Assembly (NCBI RefSeq): GCF_006345805.1
Contig: NC_043000.1
Coordinates: 36,270,001 to 36,334,000, forward strand
Length of the DNA stretch: 64,000 nt
Source: Octopus sinensis
Lineage: Eukaryota
Direction: 5' to 3'
Position numbers and translations under genes: made by a program. How positions within the stretch are numbered: position 1 is the first letter of the stretch; each line of letters starts with the position of its first letter. Positions 27,240 to 40,229 of the stretch are shown in pieces. Under the pieces are notes generated by a model. That model did not search any database. It saw only the letters and a list, made by a program, of their open reading frames with translations, and had not been told where the DNA came from.

Positions 27240-28070
27240 TCATTCCCTCTCTTCCGCTCTCTTCCCCTCTCTCTTCTCTCTATCCTTCTCTCTCTCTCTC
27301 CTGTCTCTGTCTCTCTCTTCTCTCAGTCTCCTCTCCTTTCTAGTTTCCCTTTTGCTCTCTTCATCATTTCCTTCCTTAACTCCTCCCTTCCTTTCTACCA
27401 TCCTTTCTCTCTTTCTTTCTTTCTTTCTTCCTTCCTTCTTTTCTACCATCCTTCCTTCCATCTTTCCTTCCTTCCTTCCGCCCTTCCTTTCTTCTTTCGT
27501 ACTATCCTACCTTCCTTCTTTCCTACCATCTTTCCTTCCTTTCTTCCTTCCTTCTTTCCTACCATATTTCCTTCCTTTCTTCCTCCCTTTCTTCCTTCCT
27601 CTCTTCCTTCCTTCCTCCCTCCCTTCGTATCATCCTTCCTTCCTTCCTCCCTTCCTTCCTTCCTTCCTCCCTTCCTACCTTCCTGCCTATCATCGTTCGT
27701 TCGTTCCTTTCTCTCTTTCTTCATTCCTTCCGTCCTTCCTTTCTCTCTTCCCTCCTTCCTTCTTGCTTTCCTTTCTCTCTTCCTACCATCCATTCTTCCT
27801 TTGTTCCTTTCTTTCTTCCTTCCTTTCTCTCTTCTTTCCTTCCTCCCTCCCTTCGTATCATCCTTCCTTCCTTCCTTCCTGCCTATCATCGTTCGTTCGT
27901 TCGTTCGTTCCTTCCTTTCTCCCTTTCTTCATTCCTTCCGTCCTTCCTTCCTTTCTCTCTTCCCTCCTTCCTTCTTGCCTTCCTTTCTCTCTTCCTATCA
28001 TCCTTTCTTCCTTTGTTCCTTTCTTTCTTCCTCCCTTTCTCTCTTCCTCCATCCCTAGTTTCCTACTCTA
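27240..28070. repeat. Degenerate (TTCC)n / CT-rich satellite
   Basis: Directly visible; source of the LPSF/RKEG ORFs. Confidence 0.9.
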
Positions 28071-28593
28071 AATAATAAATTAATAAATTAACAGATTGCA
28101 AATACTCAAGATACAGAAGTTCGGATTTTTAGATTTAAAAGATTGATCACGAGAAACAGAGGGCAATGATAATATTGATGAGGATGATGACGACGACGAT
28201 GACGACGACGATGATAACGGCGTCTGTGGACAAGCCTGGAGAGGGATGAGTTACGCTAAGTCTAAAAGTACGTAAGAACTCTTGCATAATGGTACGGTAA
28301 CCCTACGATTCAGCAATGGGTTGAGGGCCCACAGGAAGGAAAGTGACTTTTAAAGCGCACGGGACCAAATCACAAAACAAAGAGATGAGCTTCATCCTTG
28401 CTCTCCATCTTCTGAAATTTCCGTTGGTCAGACTTTCCCTCCGCATCTGCAGCCTGGATGTTCCTTTTCAGTTGAGACATTTTTACTGTATTATAATGGA
28501 AAGCCAGCCATCTCTTATGCTACAAGTCTCCTTCACCCTACATCAACAATGCTGCCCAAAGCAAAGCCAAGGCTGAGATATCTGGGCAAGAAT

Positions 28594-28762
28594 TTTCTAT
28601 AGAATTTAGAGTCAATAGTCAAAGTTATGACGTTTTGTATACGAAATACGAACACGTCTGTGTAAACAATGGGGTCGAAGCTCTTCGATCGCATTGTTTA
28701 CACAGACATATTCGTATAGAAAACGTCGAAACTTTCAGTTCTTACTCTGAATTCTATAGAAA
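28594..28762. mobile_element. ~170-bp palindromic (hairpin) element
   Basis: TTTCTATAGAATT...GTCTGTGTAAACAATG..TCGAAG-CT-CTTCGA..CATTGTTTACACAGAC...AATTCTATAGAAA. Confidence 0.8.
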
Positions 28763-29147
28763 TCTATAGAGATAACTTAGAAGTAATTAAATCCCAATGC
28801 CAACACAAAAAGCTAAGACACATCATTGATTTGCAAACTGCAATAGACTTGGTAGTGCATCATGTTTCCCTAGCAGTAACTAATATTTCGCAGGAATGAA
28901 TTCCGAAGTCCCCCAGATTGTAGAAAACTGGAGTAAGAAAGGACGCTGGCGCATCGTCATGGACCCCCAGGATAGAGATTTGATATTCATCCTGCGCACA
29001 TCCATCGTTAGTTTTATTACGTCAGAGATCTGATCCGGATGCGATGGTTTATAAACTTAGAAATATCATTAACAGTTTGATAAAGAATTTAATAAAGGAT
29101 ATGATCTCATACCCTATTTGGGTTCTTGATGTCGTCTTGTTTTCTTT

Positions 29148-29510
29148 TTCTTTTATTTGTTTTAGTTATTAAGTTGCGTCCAAGCAGGGGCACCGCCTTG
29201 AAAATTTTTTGATCGAATGAATCTACGCCTGTACTTAGTGTTTTTAAAGCCGGCCGAACCGATAAGTTATGGGAACGTAAACAAACCAACACAGGTTGTC
29301 AAGCACTATGGAGGTAAATACAGACGCAAACACACACACACGCACACACACACACGCTGCACATATACATAATAGACAACCACACACGCGCACACATACA
29401 TATACATAATAGGCTTCTACCAAATCCACTCGCAAGGCTTTGATCAGCCTGAGGCTTTATTAGAAGATACTTGCCCAAAGACTGAACCCGGATCCATTTG
29501 GTTTGGAACA
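29148..29510 (-). mobile_element. SINE family 1, diverged
   Basis: Same blocks as 17232-17655. Confidence 0.7.
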
Positions 29511-29599
29511 ATAATTTGTCTTCATAAAAATGACACATAGAATACGACAAGGTCGGCCTATTTGAATTCCAGGTACCACTCATCTTACCCACCTGGGTG

Positions 29600-29712
29600 G
29601 ACTGCAGAAGCTGTATAAAATGTGTTGCTCAGGGACAGAACGCACCGGCAGGAATCGAACGCACGAACCTTACAATCGTAAACGGAATACCCTAACCACT
29701 AAGCCACGTGCC
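29600..29712 (-). mobile_element. SINE family 3 head fragment
   Basis: GGAATCGAAC...CCCTAACCACTAAGCCAC is the reverse complement of a tRNA A/B-box head. Confidence 0.6.
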
Positions 29713-29794
29713 TTCAGCCAATGTACTGCCATACGCATGAAGTACGCAGGTTGTATGAGTGTGTTTGACAGTTTATTCATCGTGACATATAACC

Positions 29795-29960
29795 TATTTC
29801 TTTACTACCCACAAGGGGCTAAACACAGAGAGGAGAAACAAGGACAGACGAAGGGATTAAGTCGATTACATCGACCCCAGTGCGTAACTGGTACTTATTT
29901 AATCGACCCCGAAAGGATGGAAAGCAAAGTCGACCTCGGCGGAATTTGAACTCAGAACTT
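29795..29960 (-). mobile_element. SINE family 2, 3' part
   Basis: GATTACATCGACCCCAGTGCGTAACTGGTACTTATTTAATCGACCCCGAAAGGATG block. Confidence 0.8.
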
Positions 29961-30723
29961 GAAATATAACCAATATCTAGATCACTGTTAGCAGTTGATT
30001 CAGTTTCACTTCAAAAGATCCATCTGTGAGCAGGAACTCATGTTTCTTACTGCGGTTCCATTCCGATATTTTGAACAAATACTTAAAATGAGTGCAGAGA
30101 TCAATTTTTACCTAAACATAAAAAATTATGGACGCAGACGTATCTGTTCCTGGCTACGAGGATCTTACTTCTTGCTGAACTTCATCAATGTTTTATATAT
30201 TTTGACAGCACCATTGATAACTTGTATCTGTAATCTCCTGATGAGGCGTGTTCTTTGCGAATTTGATACCCAGGCAGTTAGTCCCGTAGCTATATTTCCC
30301 AATAATCGCTTGTAGTAATCTGAAGTTATAAACCCATCGGAGAACCATCGATTTCTCATAAGTTCAAAGTAGATTTTCTCTTTGCCTTTGTTTTTTCTTT
30401 TACTAACATTTAACATCATGTTGACACGTGATGAATAACACATGTCTATAGATACGTTTATCCGTCCCTAATCATTTCGTCTGCTCTGCTGTTCTTTTAT
30501 TCTATTGAAGTCCTGATAGTGACATTCCACCTGGATTCTTTCGAAATATCAGTGATTCTACTCCCCTCCCGTTTTTATATCTTATAATTTTTTCCTCTGG
30601 ATTATACTTTATACAGGTTTCATAATACAGTCTTCTAGCCCTGACATCATATCACAAAGACATGTATGTATGTATGCATATGTATATATATATATATACG
30701 TGTGTATGTGTATATATATACAT

Positions 30724-30808
<85 letters not shown>

Positions 30809-30907
30809 GCGTATATGTATCCATGTATATGCATATTTGTGTATTCATGTGTGCGTATATTAGTATGCATGTGCGTGTATATATAAGGATGTATATTCGT
30901 ATATATG

Positions 30908-30945
<38 letters not shown>

Positions 30946-30998
30946 TATATATATATATATATAGACAGATAGTTAGATAGATATATATATATAGAGAG

Positions 30999-31086
<88 letters not shown>

Positions 31087-31748
31087 TAGATAGATAGATG
31101 TGTGTGTATTTGCCAAATAGAACGAAAGAAATAGAAAGAAAGATTCGCCAAACAAGAGAACGCACGCAATAAATATAACAACAGCGAAAGAATCACATAC
31201 AACAAGGGCAACCTGAAAACTAGAACACCAATGACGAAAACAACAGCAACAACAAACACGGCAACAACAACAACAATAACAAATCTGATAAAATCTTCAA
31301 CATAAAAGTGGACCATATCATATCCGATTACATACATACTGCTTTGAGGTGAAGAATATTTCTTGAATTTTAATCTTGTCTTTCAATATTTTTCTATCGA
31401 TTTCTTCCCCTGTTTGTTATCTCAAGCATTTTATCGAATGTATGCTACTGTGTGAGAAAACAAGCGAAGGATAGCGACTAGTTACATGTTCGTTTCCGCT
31501 TCGTAGCATTTCGTTTTTCATAGAATCTATGAGAACATAATTTCAGAGATATAGTACTGTAAAAGACATCATAAATAAAAGGTGGAATGGACGGGGGAGA
31601 GGAATCAGATTTTATTGGCAGGTTAATCAAATTATTTATCTTCACCAAAACGAATGTGAGACAGATTTTCCTGGTAGGGAGGTTTGTTTCTCACCTTTGC
31701 TCAAACTTTCAATGGTGTTATTTCAGTTTAATAGATATACACAGTCTC

Positions 31749-31819
<71 letters not shown>

Positions 31820-32274
31820 TATGTATATATAATACATATAATAAATATGTATTATATATATGTAATATATGTAACTATATAATATATATACATATATAAT
31901 ATTTTTTAGTAATATTTTTGGGTAGAATGACTATTGTCCCTCTTAGCGTGTGGCATGTATGTATAATGCTCTCTGTCATGTATGTATAATGCCCTCTATA
32001 TATAAATTAATATGTTCAATAAGAAATAATTATTTTCGCAATTTATTCTCTTATGAGGTTTTCACGCTATCTACCTGACAATTCTTGTTAAGTTTTCCTT
32101 ATTAATTGCTAAATTTTTATCCGAAAAAACTTTTCCTCTCCCGAAATGCAATTCGTAAAAGTATGCCATTTACAGGATGTAATAATATGTAAACTCACCC
32201 ATGTGCTTCGTTGCTGTTGATCAGTTAGCTGATCGGCTTAAGCGGGGGAGGGGTCGTTTATTTATGATACATTC

Positions 32275-32322
32275 AGGCCTGCTGATGAATACGTAAGTAT
32301 GAAATCACTGTGATACAGGTCT
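32275..32322 (+). ncRNA. Type I HHR, array A unit 1 (AUA site, predicted cut 32315/32316)
   Basis: AGGCCUG-CUGAUGA-AUAC GUAA GUAU-GAA-AUCAC U GUGAU-A/CAGGUCU. 7-bp stem I, 4-bp stem II with GNRA loop, palindromic stem III, canonical core. Confidence 0.9.
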
Positions 32323-32745
32323 ATATTTTTTAAATGTCTTATTTTGAAAAATTGCATTCGGTGGGATTAGTAAATTTTTTGGTAGAGAAATGACTAATTG
32401 TCCCTCAGCGTGTGGCATGTATGAGTGCTCTCTGGCATGTATGTATAATGCCCTCTATATATAAATTAATATGTTCAATAAGAAATAATTATTTTCGAAA
32501 TTTATTCTCTTATGAGGTTTTCACGCTATCTACCTGACAATTTCTTGTTAAGTTTTCCTTATAAGTAGTTGTCCTTAATTGCTAAATTTTTATTCCGAAA
32601 AAACTTTTCCTCTCCCGAAATGCAATTCGTAAAAGTATGCCATTTACAGGATGTAATATATGTAAACTCACCCATGTGCTTCGTTGATGTTGATCAGTTA
32701 GCTGATCGGCTTAAGCGGGGCAGGGTCGTTATTTATGATACATTC

Positions 32746-32793
32746 AGGCCTGCTGATGAATACGTAAGTATGAAATCACTGTGATACAGGTCT
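32746..32793 (+). ncRNA. Type I HHR, array A unit 2 (predicted cut 32786/32787)
   Basis: Identical to unit 1; cut sites are 471 nt apart. Confidence 0.9.
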
Positions 32794-32971
32794 ATATTTT
32801 TTAAATGTCTTATTTTGAAAAATTGCATTCGGTGGGATTAGTAATATTTTTTGGTAGAAATGACTAATTGTCCCTCTTAGCGTGTGGCATGTATGTATAA
32901 TGCTCTCTGGCATGTATGTATAATGCCCTCTATATATAAAATATATACATATATATATATTTATATATATT

Positions 32972-33002
<31 letters not shown>

Positions 33003-33112
33003 ATATACATATGCACACATATCTGTCTATCTATCTGTCTATGTATATATATATTTATCTTTCTATATAGGTATATGTATACATACATACATACACACAT
33101 ACACACACACAA

Positions 33113-33150
<38 letters not shown>

Positions 33151-33721
33151 TCATTTAAATTTATATATAATATATAAAACTTACTTGGAACTGGATGCGT
33201 GGCGTTCGATCTTATAATAATATAAATCACACACACACATATATATATATATATATGTAAAACACACACACACACACACAAGCAAATGTGTGAGAGTATA
33301 AGTAGCTGCGTGTATAAGTATATGAAACACAAATCTGTAATTGGTTCACCTATGGAGCTCCTTCCTTGAATCACATCCATATGGAGAATGCTTTATGTAG
33401 CATGAAATTTTAAGTAATGGGAAAACTAGAAACTCTTACCAATCTATACAAGCATACTTCCATAAATAACAAATGCATACATGTATATATTATATATATA
33501 TATATATATAATAATATAGATATATATATCTAATACTACAAACAACTACATACAAAACAACACACAGACACTCTCACACGCACACACGTATGTATATATG
33601 TATAAGTTTCTATATAAATGTGCGTGTATGTGTATGTATGTGTAAGGATATGTGTGCATCTGTATCTGTCTATACTTTCATATGTATATTGCATGTGTAT
33701 ACACATATACACACTTCACCG

Positions 33722-33755
<34 letters not shown>

Positions 33756-34646
33756 ACACACACCACACACACACACACACATACAAACGTATACATAGAT
33801 ATCTGTACTCACTCGTGTCATGTATTCTCCACAACCCTAATTTAAAATGAAACGCCATTAACGTTTTGGTTTTGACGTTTGTTTTTCTATGAAAATGCAG
33901 GAAATTTGCCGAGAAATCTAATTTTCTTATTTAAATTCAATTTCCATCCCTCACGTGACTTGATTTTTTAAATATAAAAAAAAGTTATACTTTCTGCATT
34001 TATCACGGTGTTTGTTTGTTTCGTTGATGTTGTTGCTGTTATCATTGTTGTTGTTGCTGTTGTTGTTGTTGTTGTTGTTACAGCATTCCATACGTGTTTA
34101 TTTGTATTTTACTAATTTTGTAATTCTTCAATTTTTTTTCTTTTCTTTTTTCTCACAAAATTTGTGTTCATTACAGTTTGAATGAAATGAAGTTTCCTTC
34201 CGTTTTTTAGAGATTAGAGAATGATTTGAGGAATATTTTCCAGCAGAGGTCTGGTTGTTTAGAGAAAATGTAAAATTCTTTAGAATTTCTACTTCTCAAA
34301 GTTAAGTACCAACAGGGAGTACACAGAGTGCAGAGTGCAGCAAGAGAGGGCAGCATTAAAAAAAGTTTGATCGACTGTTAGAGAGATAAAGGGGATTATT
34401 TATTCAGAATACACCAAAAAAATGCATTTTCAAACAGGAAAACTAGTAGCGTACAAAATAAACTGGGTTTAGTGCTGAACAATACGATGTGTAATACAAG
34501 ATACGTAATAGAATATATCATATCGGGACACACTATTTTTCTGCAAACGTGCTGCTTTCCTTCACGTGTGTGTGCGGGTGTAAACGGATAATTATGTATA
34601 TGTGAGAATGTATTCATATACATGCATAAACGTATATATATATATG

Positions 34647-34679
<33 letters not shown>

Positions 34680-34998
34680 GTATATATTATATGTATATAT
34701 ATAGATATATATATGTATATATATATATATTATATAAAAGAATTCCAACTTGTCTGATTTTCACGTTTATTTACATCTTATATGATATATTATAAGATAA
34801 TATATTATAATTGAATAAAATAAAATGAAATAGAAGAATGTTAATATTCATATTGAACTAGTATTTTCATGCATTGAATTCTGCATCTTCGGTTCATTAG
34901 TAGTGTTGACAGTCATGCTTCACATTTTTGACTATATATATATATATGTATTATATATATATATATATATATATATATCTATGTATATATATATATTA

Positions 34999-35061
<63 letters not shown>

Positions 35062-35071
35062 TATATGTATG

Positions 35072-35103
<32 letters not shown>

Positions 35104-35566
35104 ATATAGGAGAGAGTTGGTATGTGAAAGCAAGTGGTTCAATGTATAAAAGACAAAATAGAGTGAAAAAACTACAGAAGGCCTGTGTGATATGGTTAAA
35201 AGATATATTTAAATCGTTATGTTAGAAAAATGTTAGAAAATGTTGTGTATAGTAACATTGTTTTTGGAGAAATAACCGGTTTCGTGTTTTCTTTTCAAAT
35301 TTCTCAAAATTCTTTACCGATATTGAGTCATCTCTTCGCTAGGACGTGAAGTATGAGACTTCCAGACAGAGGAAGGTAATCAGGGACTTTTTAGGTATAA
35401 TGGAGATAATCATAAATGTGGGGAATGACTAGGTTTTATTAATTTAACATGATTTGGTTTAGAAAGAATAGAATGTTACAAGTGGTTAGGTTTTGTGTTA
35501 TATTTTTCAATGAAGTACGTTTCCTTATTTAATCTATGTACACATACACACTCACACACATACATA

Positions 35567-35655
<89 letters not shown>

Positions 35656-36528
35656 TTTGTGCTAAATCCCTTTCTTTGTTTTCGGAAATTATATTCGCCT
35701 TTCCATGTATATGTTTTTTAACGCGTTTGACTGAGCCTCTGCATATTCTGAGCCCACCCACCAGAGGGCATTGCAGCTACCTGGGTAATTAATCATCGCA
35801 AATTTGGCGGCTTTGTTGGAGATGTAAGGGGAGCATGTTAGAAAATCGATAAAGACCACCATGAAATCAAACCTTCACCAACAAAATGAAATGAATAATC
35901 AGAGCTGACAAAGATTTCAAATTTCCTAGCGAGCGGAAAAATGTGACTGGAAATTAATTAGCATCTCAATTCTCACTCGTATCTCAAAACACAAAAGCAT
36001 GAAATTTCGCTTAAGAAAATCTTTGTATCTTAGGTCATTCATACCTCAAGTTAGGGCTAAAAGAAAAGGTTGCAGTCAATTTAAATGCGGAAACCTGCAA
36101 GGAATAGTTTTATTGAGTTTCCACTGATTGATTGGCAATTTTGGTAAACTTGAATCAAATTAAGATTTCTTGCACCAAAAGGATCACCTTGATAACCCTA
36201 TGCTCCTGCTGTGTAGGTTGCAAATGATTCGATCTTAGGCTAAATGCAAACAAATAAAGGTTTTTTATGAAAATCCCTTAGGATTCAACTTACCCATTTT
36301 TCATTTTTAATCCTACTTGAATAAAACATCCTGGGTTCTCGCTGGATAACTTAAATCAACCGAAAGCATAAAAGTAAAGCCCTTCCTAAATAGATTCATT
36401 GAATAGGCTCAAACTCTTAAGGAATGATAGCATATCAAGTATATTTGGTCTTTCATGAAAATCCCGCTCTCTCTCTTGTCATTCACTTGGTCTAACTCGT
36501 TATTATTCCCTGCATTTCTCAAATCAAA

Positions 36529-36628
36529 NNNNNNNNNNNNNNNNNNNNNNNNNNNNNNNNNNNNNNNNNNNNNNNNNNNNNNNNNNNNNNNNNNNNNNNN
36601 NNNNNNNNNNNNNNNNNNNNNNNNNNNN
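36529..36628. other. Assembly gap (100 N)
   Basis: Directly visible; the round length suggests a gap of unknown size. Confidence 0.99.
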
Positions 36629-36728
36629 TTTGCAGTTTTCAACATCAAAGAACTGGTTTTATAGATATGTTGAGAAGCCTAGGTTGAGATAGTGTTGTGG
36701 CATCGAATTTCTAGCACGATCACGTATA

Positions 36729-36767
<39 letters not shown>

Positions 36768-37756
36768 ATGTATGTATGCATGTATGTACGTATGTATGTA
36801 TGTATGTATGTACGTATGTATGTATGTGTATATGTATGTGCATATGTATGTATGTGTGTATGTATTATGTGTGTATGTATGTAAGTATGCATGTATGTAT
36901 ATATGTATGTATGTATTAAACATTCATATGAATACACGTAGAAAAAAAATGTATGTATATATGCATGCATGCATGCAAGCATGTATGTATGTATATATGT
37001 ATGTATGTATTAAACAGTCATATGAATACACGTATATTTATATATGTGTATGTATGTATGGCAATACACGCACAGACATAAACGCGCGCGCACGCACACA
37101 TGCGCGCGCGCGCAAATATTGGTTTACATCTATTACAGCATAGCAACAAGACATGAATGTGCAGCAATGTTTGCGTATAATCTGAGGCTTGAAACGACAC
37201 AAAAAGACACATGAAGACCAACAAGTGTCTCTGGTGGCCAAATAATGCAGGTGACTTGCAAGATCGGAAAGTTACACGCGTGTTGCTCACACGAGACCGA
37301 TTCTGAAATGCTTCAAGCGATACTTGCAATCGTCAGCGCGCGCGCGCGTGTGTGTGTGTGTGTGTGTGTTGTGTGTGTGTGTGTCTAGTGTGTGTGTGTG
37401 TGTGTGTGTGTGTGACGTGTGTGTGTGAATGTGCGTGTGTATATATATATGTATGTATGCCTGAAATGCATGTATATATGTATGTATGTATATATATGTA
37501 TATAGATATATATATATACACATATATATATATGTGTGTGTGTGTATAGGGAGAATTCACAAAAAAAAAAACAAAAGACGAAGACAGGTGGTTTAGACAA
37601 CAAACAGATGTATTAGTTTAACGCTCGGGAAGTGAGAAAGTCTTTAACTTTCAAGCGTACGCTCTTCCACATACATACATACATACACATATATATATAT
37701 ATATATATATATAGTAACCGATTAATACACAAAATATGGAATTAGTATAACTATTT

Positions 37757-37862
37757 TGTACGACGATCGTTTCGACTTATTCTGCAACTGTCCTTTCTGG
37801 GTGGGATGCTATGCAACATACTTTGTGGCATCAATCTTGCAATCTGGATCACATCAGGTACA
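37757..37862 (-). ncRNA. Type I HHR variant (A9U) with long stem II (GUC site)
   Basis: Minus strand UGUAC-CUGAUGU-GAU...GUC-GAA-ACGAUCGU-C/GUACA. 5-bp stem I, palindromic stem III. Confidence 0.65.
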
Positions 37863-37868
37863 TTCATA

Positions 37869-38229
37869 CGTGGGTGAGTCAAAAAGTAATGCCATTTTGA
37901 TTAGGACAGGTATAATTACCAACACAGCAACATGTATCATACATCAAAATAAAACTGGTCCTCTGTGGATCACATCCCTCCTTCTCAACGTAGTCACCGT
38001 TTCTCTCAATAGCAATGTTCCACCTTCGAATGAGAACATGTATCCCTGCCCCGTAAAATTCTGCTCTCATTCGAAGGTGGGACATTGCTATTGAGAGGTG
38101 GTGACTATGTTGAGAAGTAGGGATGTGATCTACAGAGGACCAGCTTCATTTTGATGTATGATACATGTTCCTGGGTTAGCAATTATACACGTCCTAAACA
38201 AAATGGCATTACTTTTTGACTCACCCTCG
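37869..38229. mobile_element. Mariner-type MITE with TA target-site duplication
   Basis: TA|CGTGGGTGAGTCAAAAAGTAATGCC...GGCATTACTTTTTGACTCACCCTCG|TA; ~170-bp arms form a near-complete fold-back. Confidence 0.88.
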
Positions 38230-38486
38230 TACATAATGTGGTATCTCGTTAAAGATCTTGAGCTTGGGCGGTCATGTTGTAATTTACACGCTTCAGTTAG
38301 GGAATGAGGCATTAGTACGATTCTCCACAACAAAAGCACAATTGTACCAATGCTTCATTCCTTAACTGAAGGGCGCAAATAACAACATGGTCGCCCTCAC
38401 GACAACATTGTATAGATCTATACAGTGTTATCGTTTAAACCTTCTGGCGCATCCTGATTGGTCAGACCTATATTGATAATATCGGG

Positions 38487-38627
38487 ATAATACCTTAGGA
38501 ATGAGAACCCAGGTTCGAAATTCCTCCAGGACACCTGATGAAGACTGGAGAGTGCATCAGCCAAAACATTGTGTTAACAACAAACAAGATGAGGACAAAT
38601 ATACATCAAAGTAAATAATGTAAATAA
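38487..38627 (+). mobile_element. Penelope-type tail copy with minimal HHR remnant (38530-38575; G12A)
   Basis: GACAC-CTGATGA-A-GACTG...CAGCC-AAAACATT-GTGTT. Confidence 0.7.
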
Positions 38628-38776
38628 CATACACACACATATATACATACACACACACACACACACACACACATATATTATATAATATATATATTATATA
38701 TATATATATATATTATATATATCTATCACTCTCTCTCTCGATCTATAATATATATATATATTAGATAATAGATACA

Positions 38777-38875
38777 CAACGTGCTTCTTTCAGTTTTCCC
38801 TCTACTAAATCCACTCACAAGGCTTTGGTCGGGCCCGAGGCTAAGTAAAAGACACTTGCCCAAGGTGCCACGCAG
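38777..38875 (-). mobile_element. SINE family 1 internal fragment
   Basis: AATCCACTCACAAGGCTTTGGTCGG...GACACTTGCCCAAGGTGCCACGCAG. Confidence 0.75.
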
Positions 38876-39254
38876 TTTTCTTCTGGCGGAACCATAACCA
38901 TTCGATGTTTAAAAGACTAGTTTTATAGAAACTTCTTTCAAAATTCCTATTTTGTTTTTCACATATCGACTTGTGTAGGTTGAACTCTGTAAAATGTTAA
39001 GGAAAGAAACCTCACTGTTTCTTGCAATGCATACATCTAAAGCAAAATGTTTTCATGGGCCCTTAAAATATTATCGTGGATCCCCAATTAATTGTTTTGT
39101 CCCGTGTGCCCCCTAAATCTCACATGGACCGTCAGGGGCCATATGGCCCCAGTTGAGAAGCACTTTAAATGTCATATGTTCAACGATAAGTATCTAATTT
39201 CTTTATAGAACTAGTACATTGACTATCAATGCAAATATATTGATTTTATGCTTT

Positions 39255-39450
39255 GGTACACGCCATGCAATCTCGAGGGAGGAGGTAAGTAGATTACATC
39301 GACCTCAGTGCGTAACTGGTACTTATTTTATCGACCCCAAAAGGATGAAAGGCAAAGTCGACCTCGGCGAAATTTGAACTCGGAAAGAAAAGACAGATGA
39401 AATACCGCTAAGCACATGGCCCGGCGTGTTAACGATTCTGGCAGCTCTGC
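39255..39450 (-). mobile_element. SINE family 2
   Basis: Reverse complement of the family 2 consensus seen in this window. Confidence 0.8.
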
Positions 39451-39678
39451 ACCTTTCAATGCGAGTATATTAAGAATGGTAAATTATTTTTGGCGCTAAA
39501 AGCTAAAAAGTGAATCTGTTGTCAAGGCAACAGAAACATTAATATTTCAATCTATTTGACATCTGACAAACACTCTGTTGAGGTAAATGTCATAGGATGA
39601 CTTCTCGTCACACTGTTATGATCCAGCAGTGGCATTTGGTTGGCAACTCTTTTACACGTCAATAATTATTATAGCCAA

Positions 39679-40165
39679 GGCGGCGAGCTGGCAGAAACGT
39701 TAGCACACCGGGCGAAATGCTTAGCGGTATTTCGTCTGCCGTTATGTTCTGAGTTCAAATTCCGCCAAGGTCGACTTTGCCTTTCATCCTTTCGGAGTCG
39801 ATAAATTAAGTACCAGTTATGCACTGGGGTTGATATAATCGACTTAATACGTTTGTCTGTCCTTGTTTGTCGCCTCTGTGGGTAGTAAAGAAATAAGTAT
39901 TTCGACTGTCTTTACGTTCTGAGTTCAAATTCCGCCGAGGTCGACTTTACCTTTCATCCTTTCAATGTATATGTTTGTGTGTCTGTGTTTGTTCCCACAA
40001 CATCGCTTGACAACCGATGCTGGTGTGTTTACGTCCTCGTAACTTCGCGGTTCGCCTAAAGAGACCGATAGAATACATACTAGGTTTACAAGTTGCTCGA
40101 CTAAAGGCGATGCTCCAGCATGTCCGCAGTCAAACGACTGAGACAAGTAAAAGACTAAAAGAGCC
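39679..40165 (+). mobile_element. SINE cluster: family 2 full copy, family 2 partial, family 1 3' half
   Basis: GGCGGCGAGCTGGCAGAAACGTTAGC head at 39679; repeated GTTCTGAGTTCAAATTCCGCC at ~39915; family 1 3' block 39966-40165. Confidence 0.85.
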
Positions 40166-40229
40166 AAGTAAAACAATATTTTGGTAAGTTGTCTGCCTTA
40201 TTAGTCAAGTTGCATGAAAAACAGCCTAG

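Larger units (their letters stand above)
31907..32940 (+). repeat. HHR-containing tandem array A (~2.2 units of ~461-471 bp); retrozyme-like
   Basis: Units start at 31907, 32368 and 32839. Each full unit has an identical HHR. (TA)-rich flanks. Confidence 0.9.

Noticed and set aside
30230-30275. CTGATGA-GGCG...TGC-GAAT hammerhead-like string
   Set aside because: Lacks A15.1, and no stem I or stem III pairing could be formed.
35820-35900. RFDFMVVFIDF resembling an ion-channel S3 segment
   Set aside because: Immediately preceded by an in-frame stop, with no supporting splice structure.
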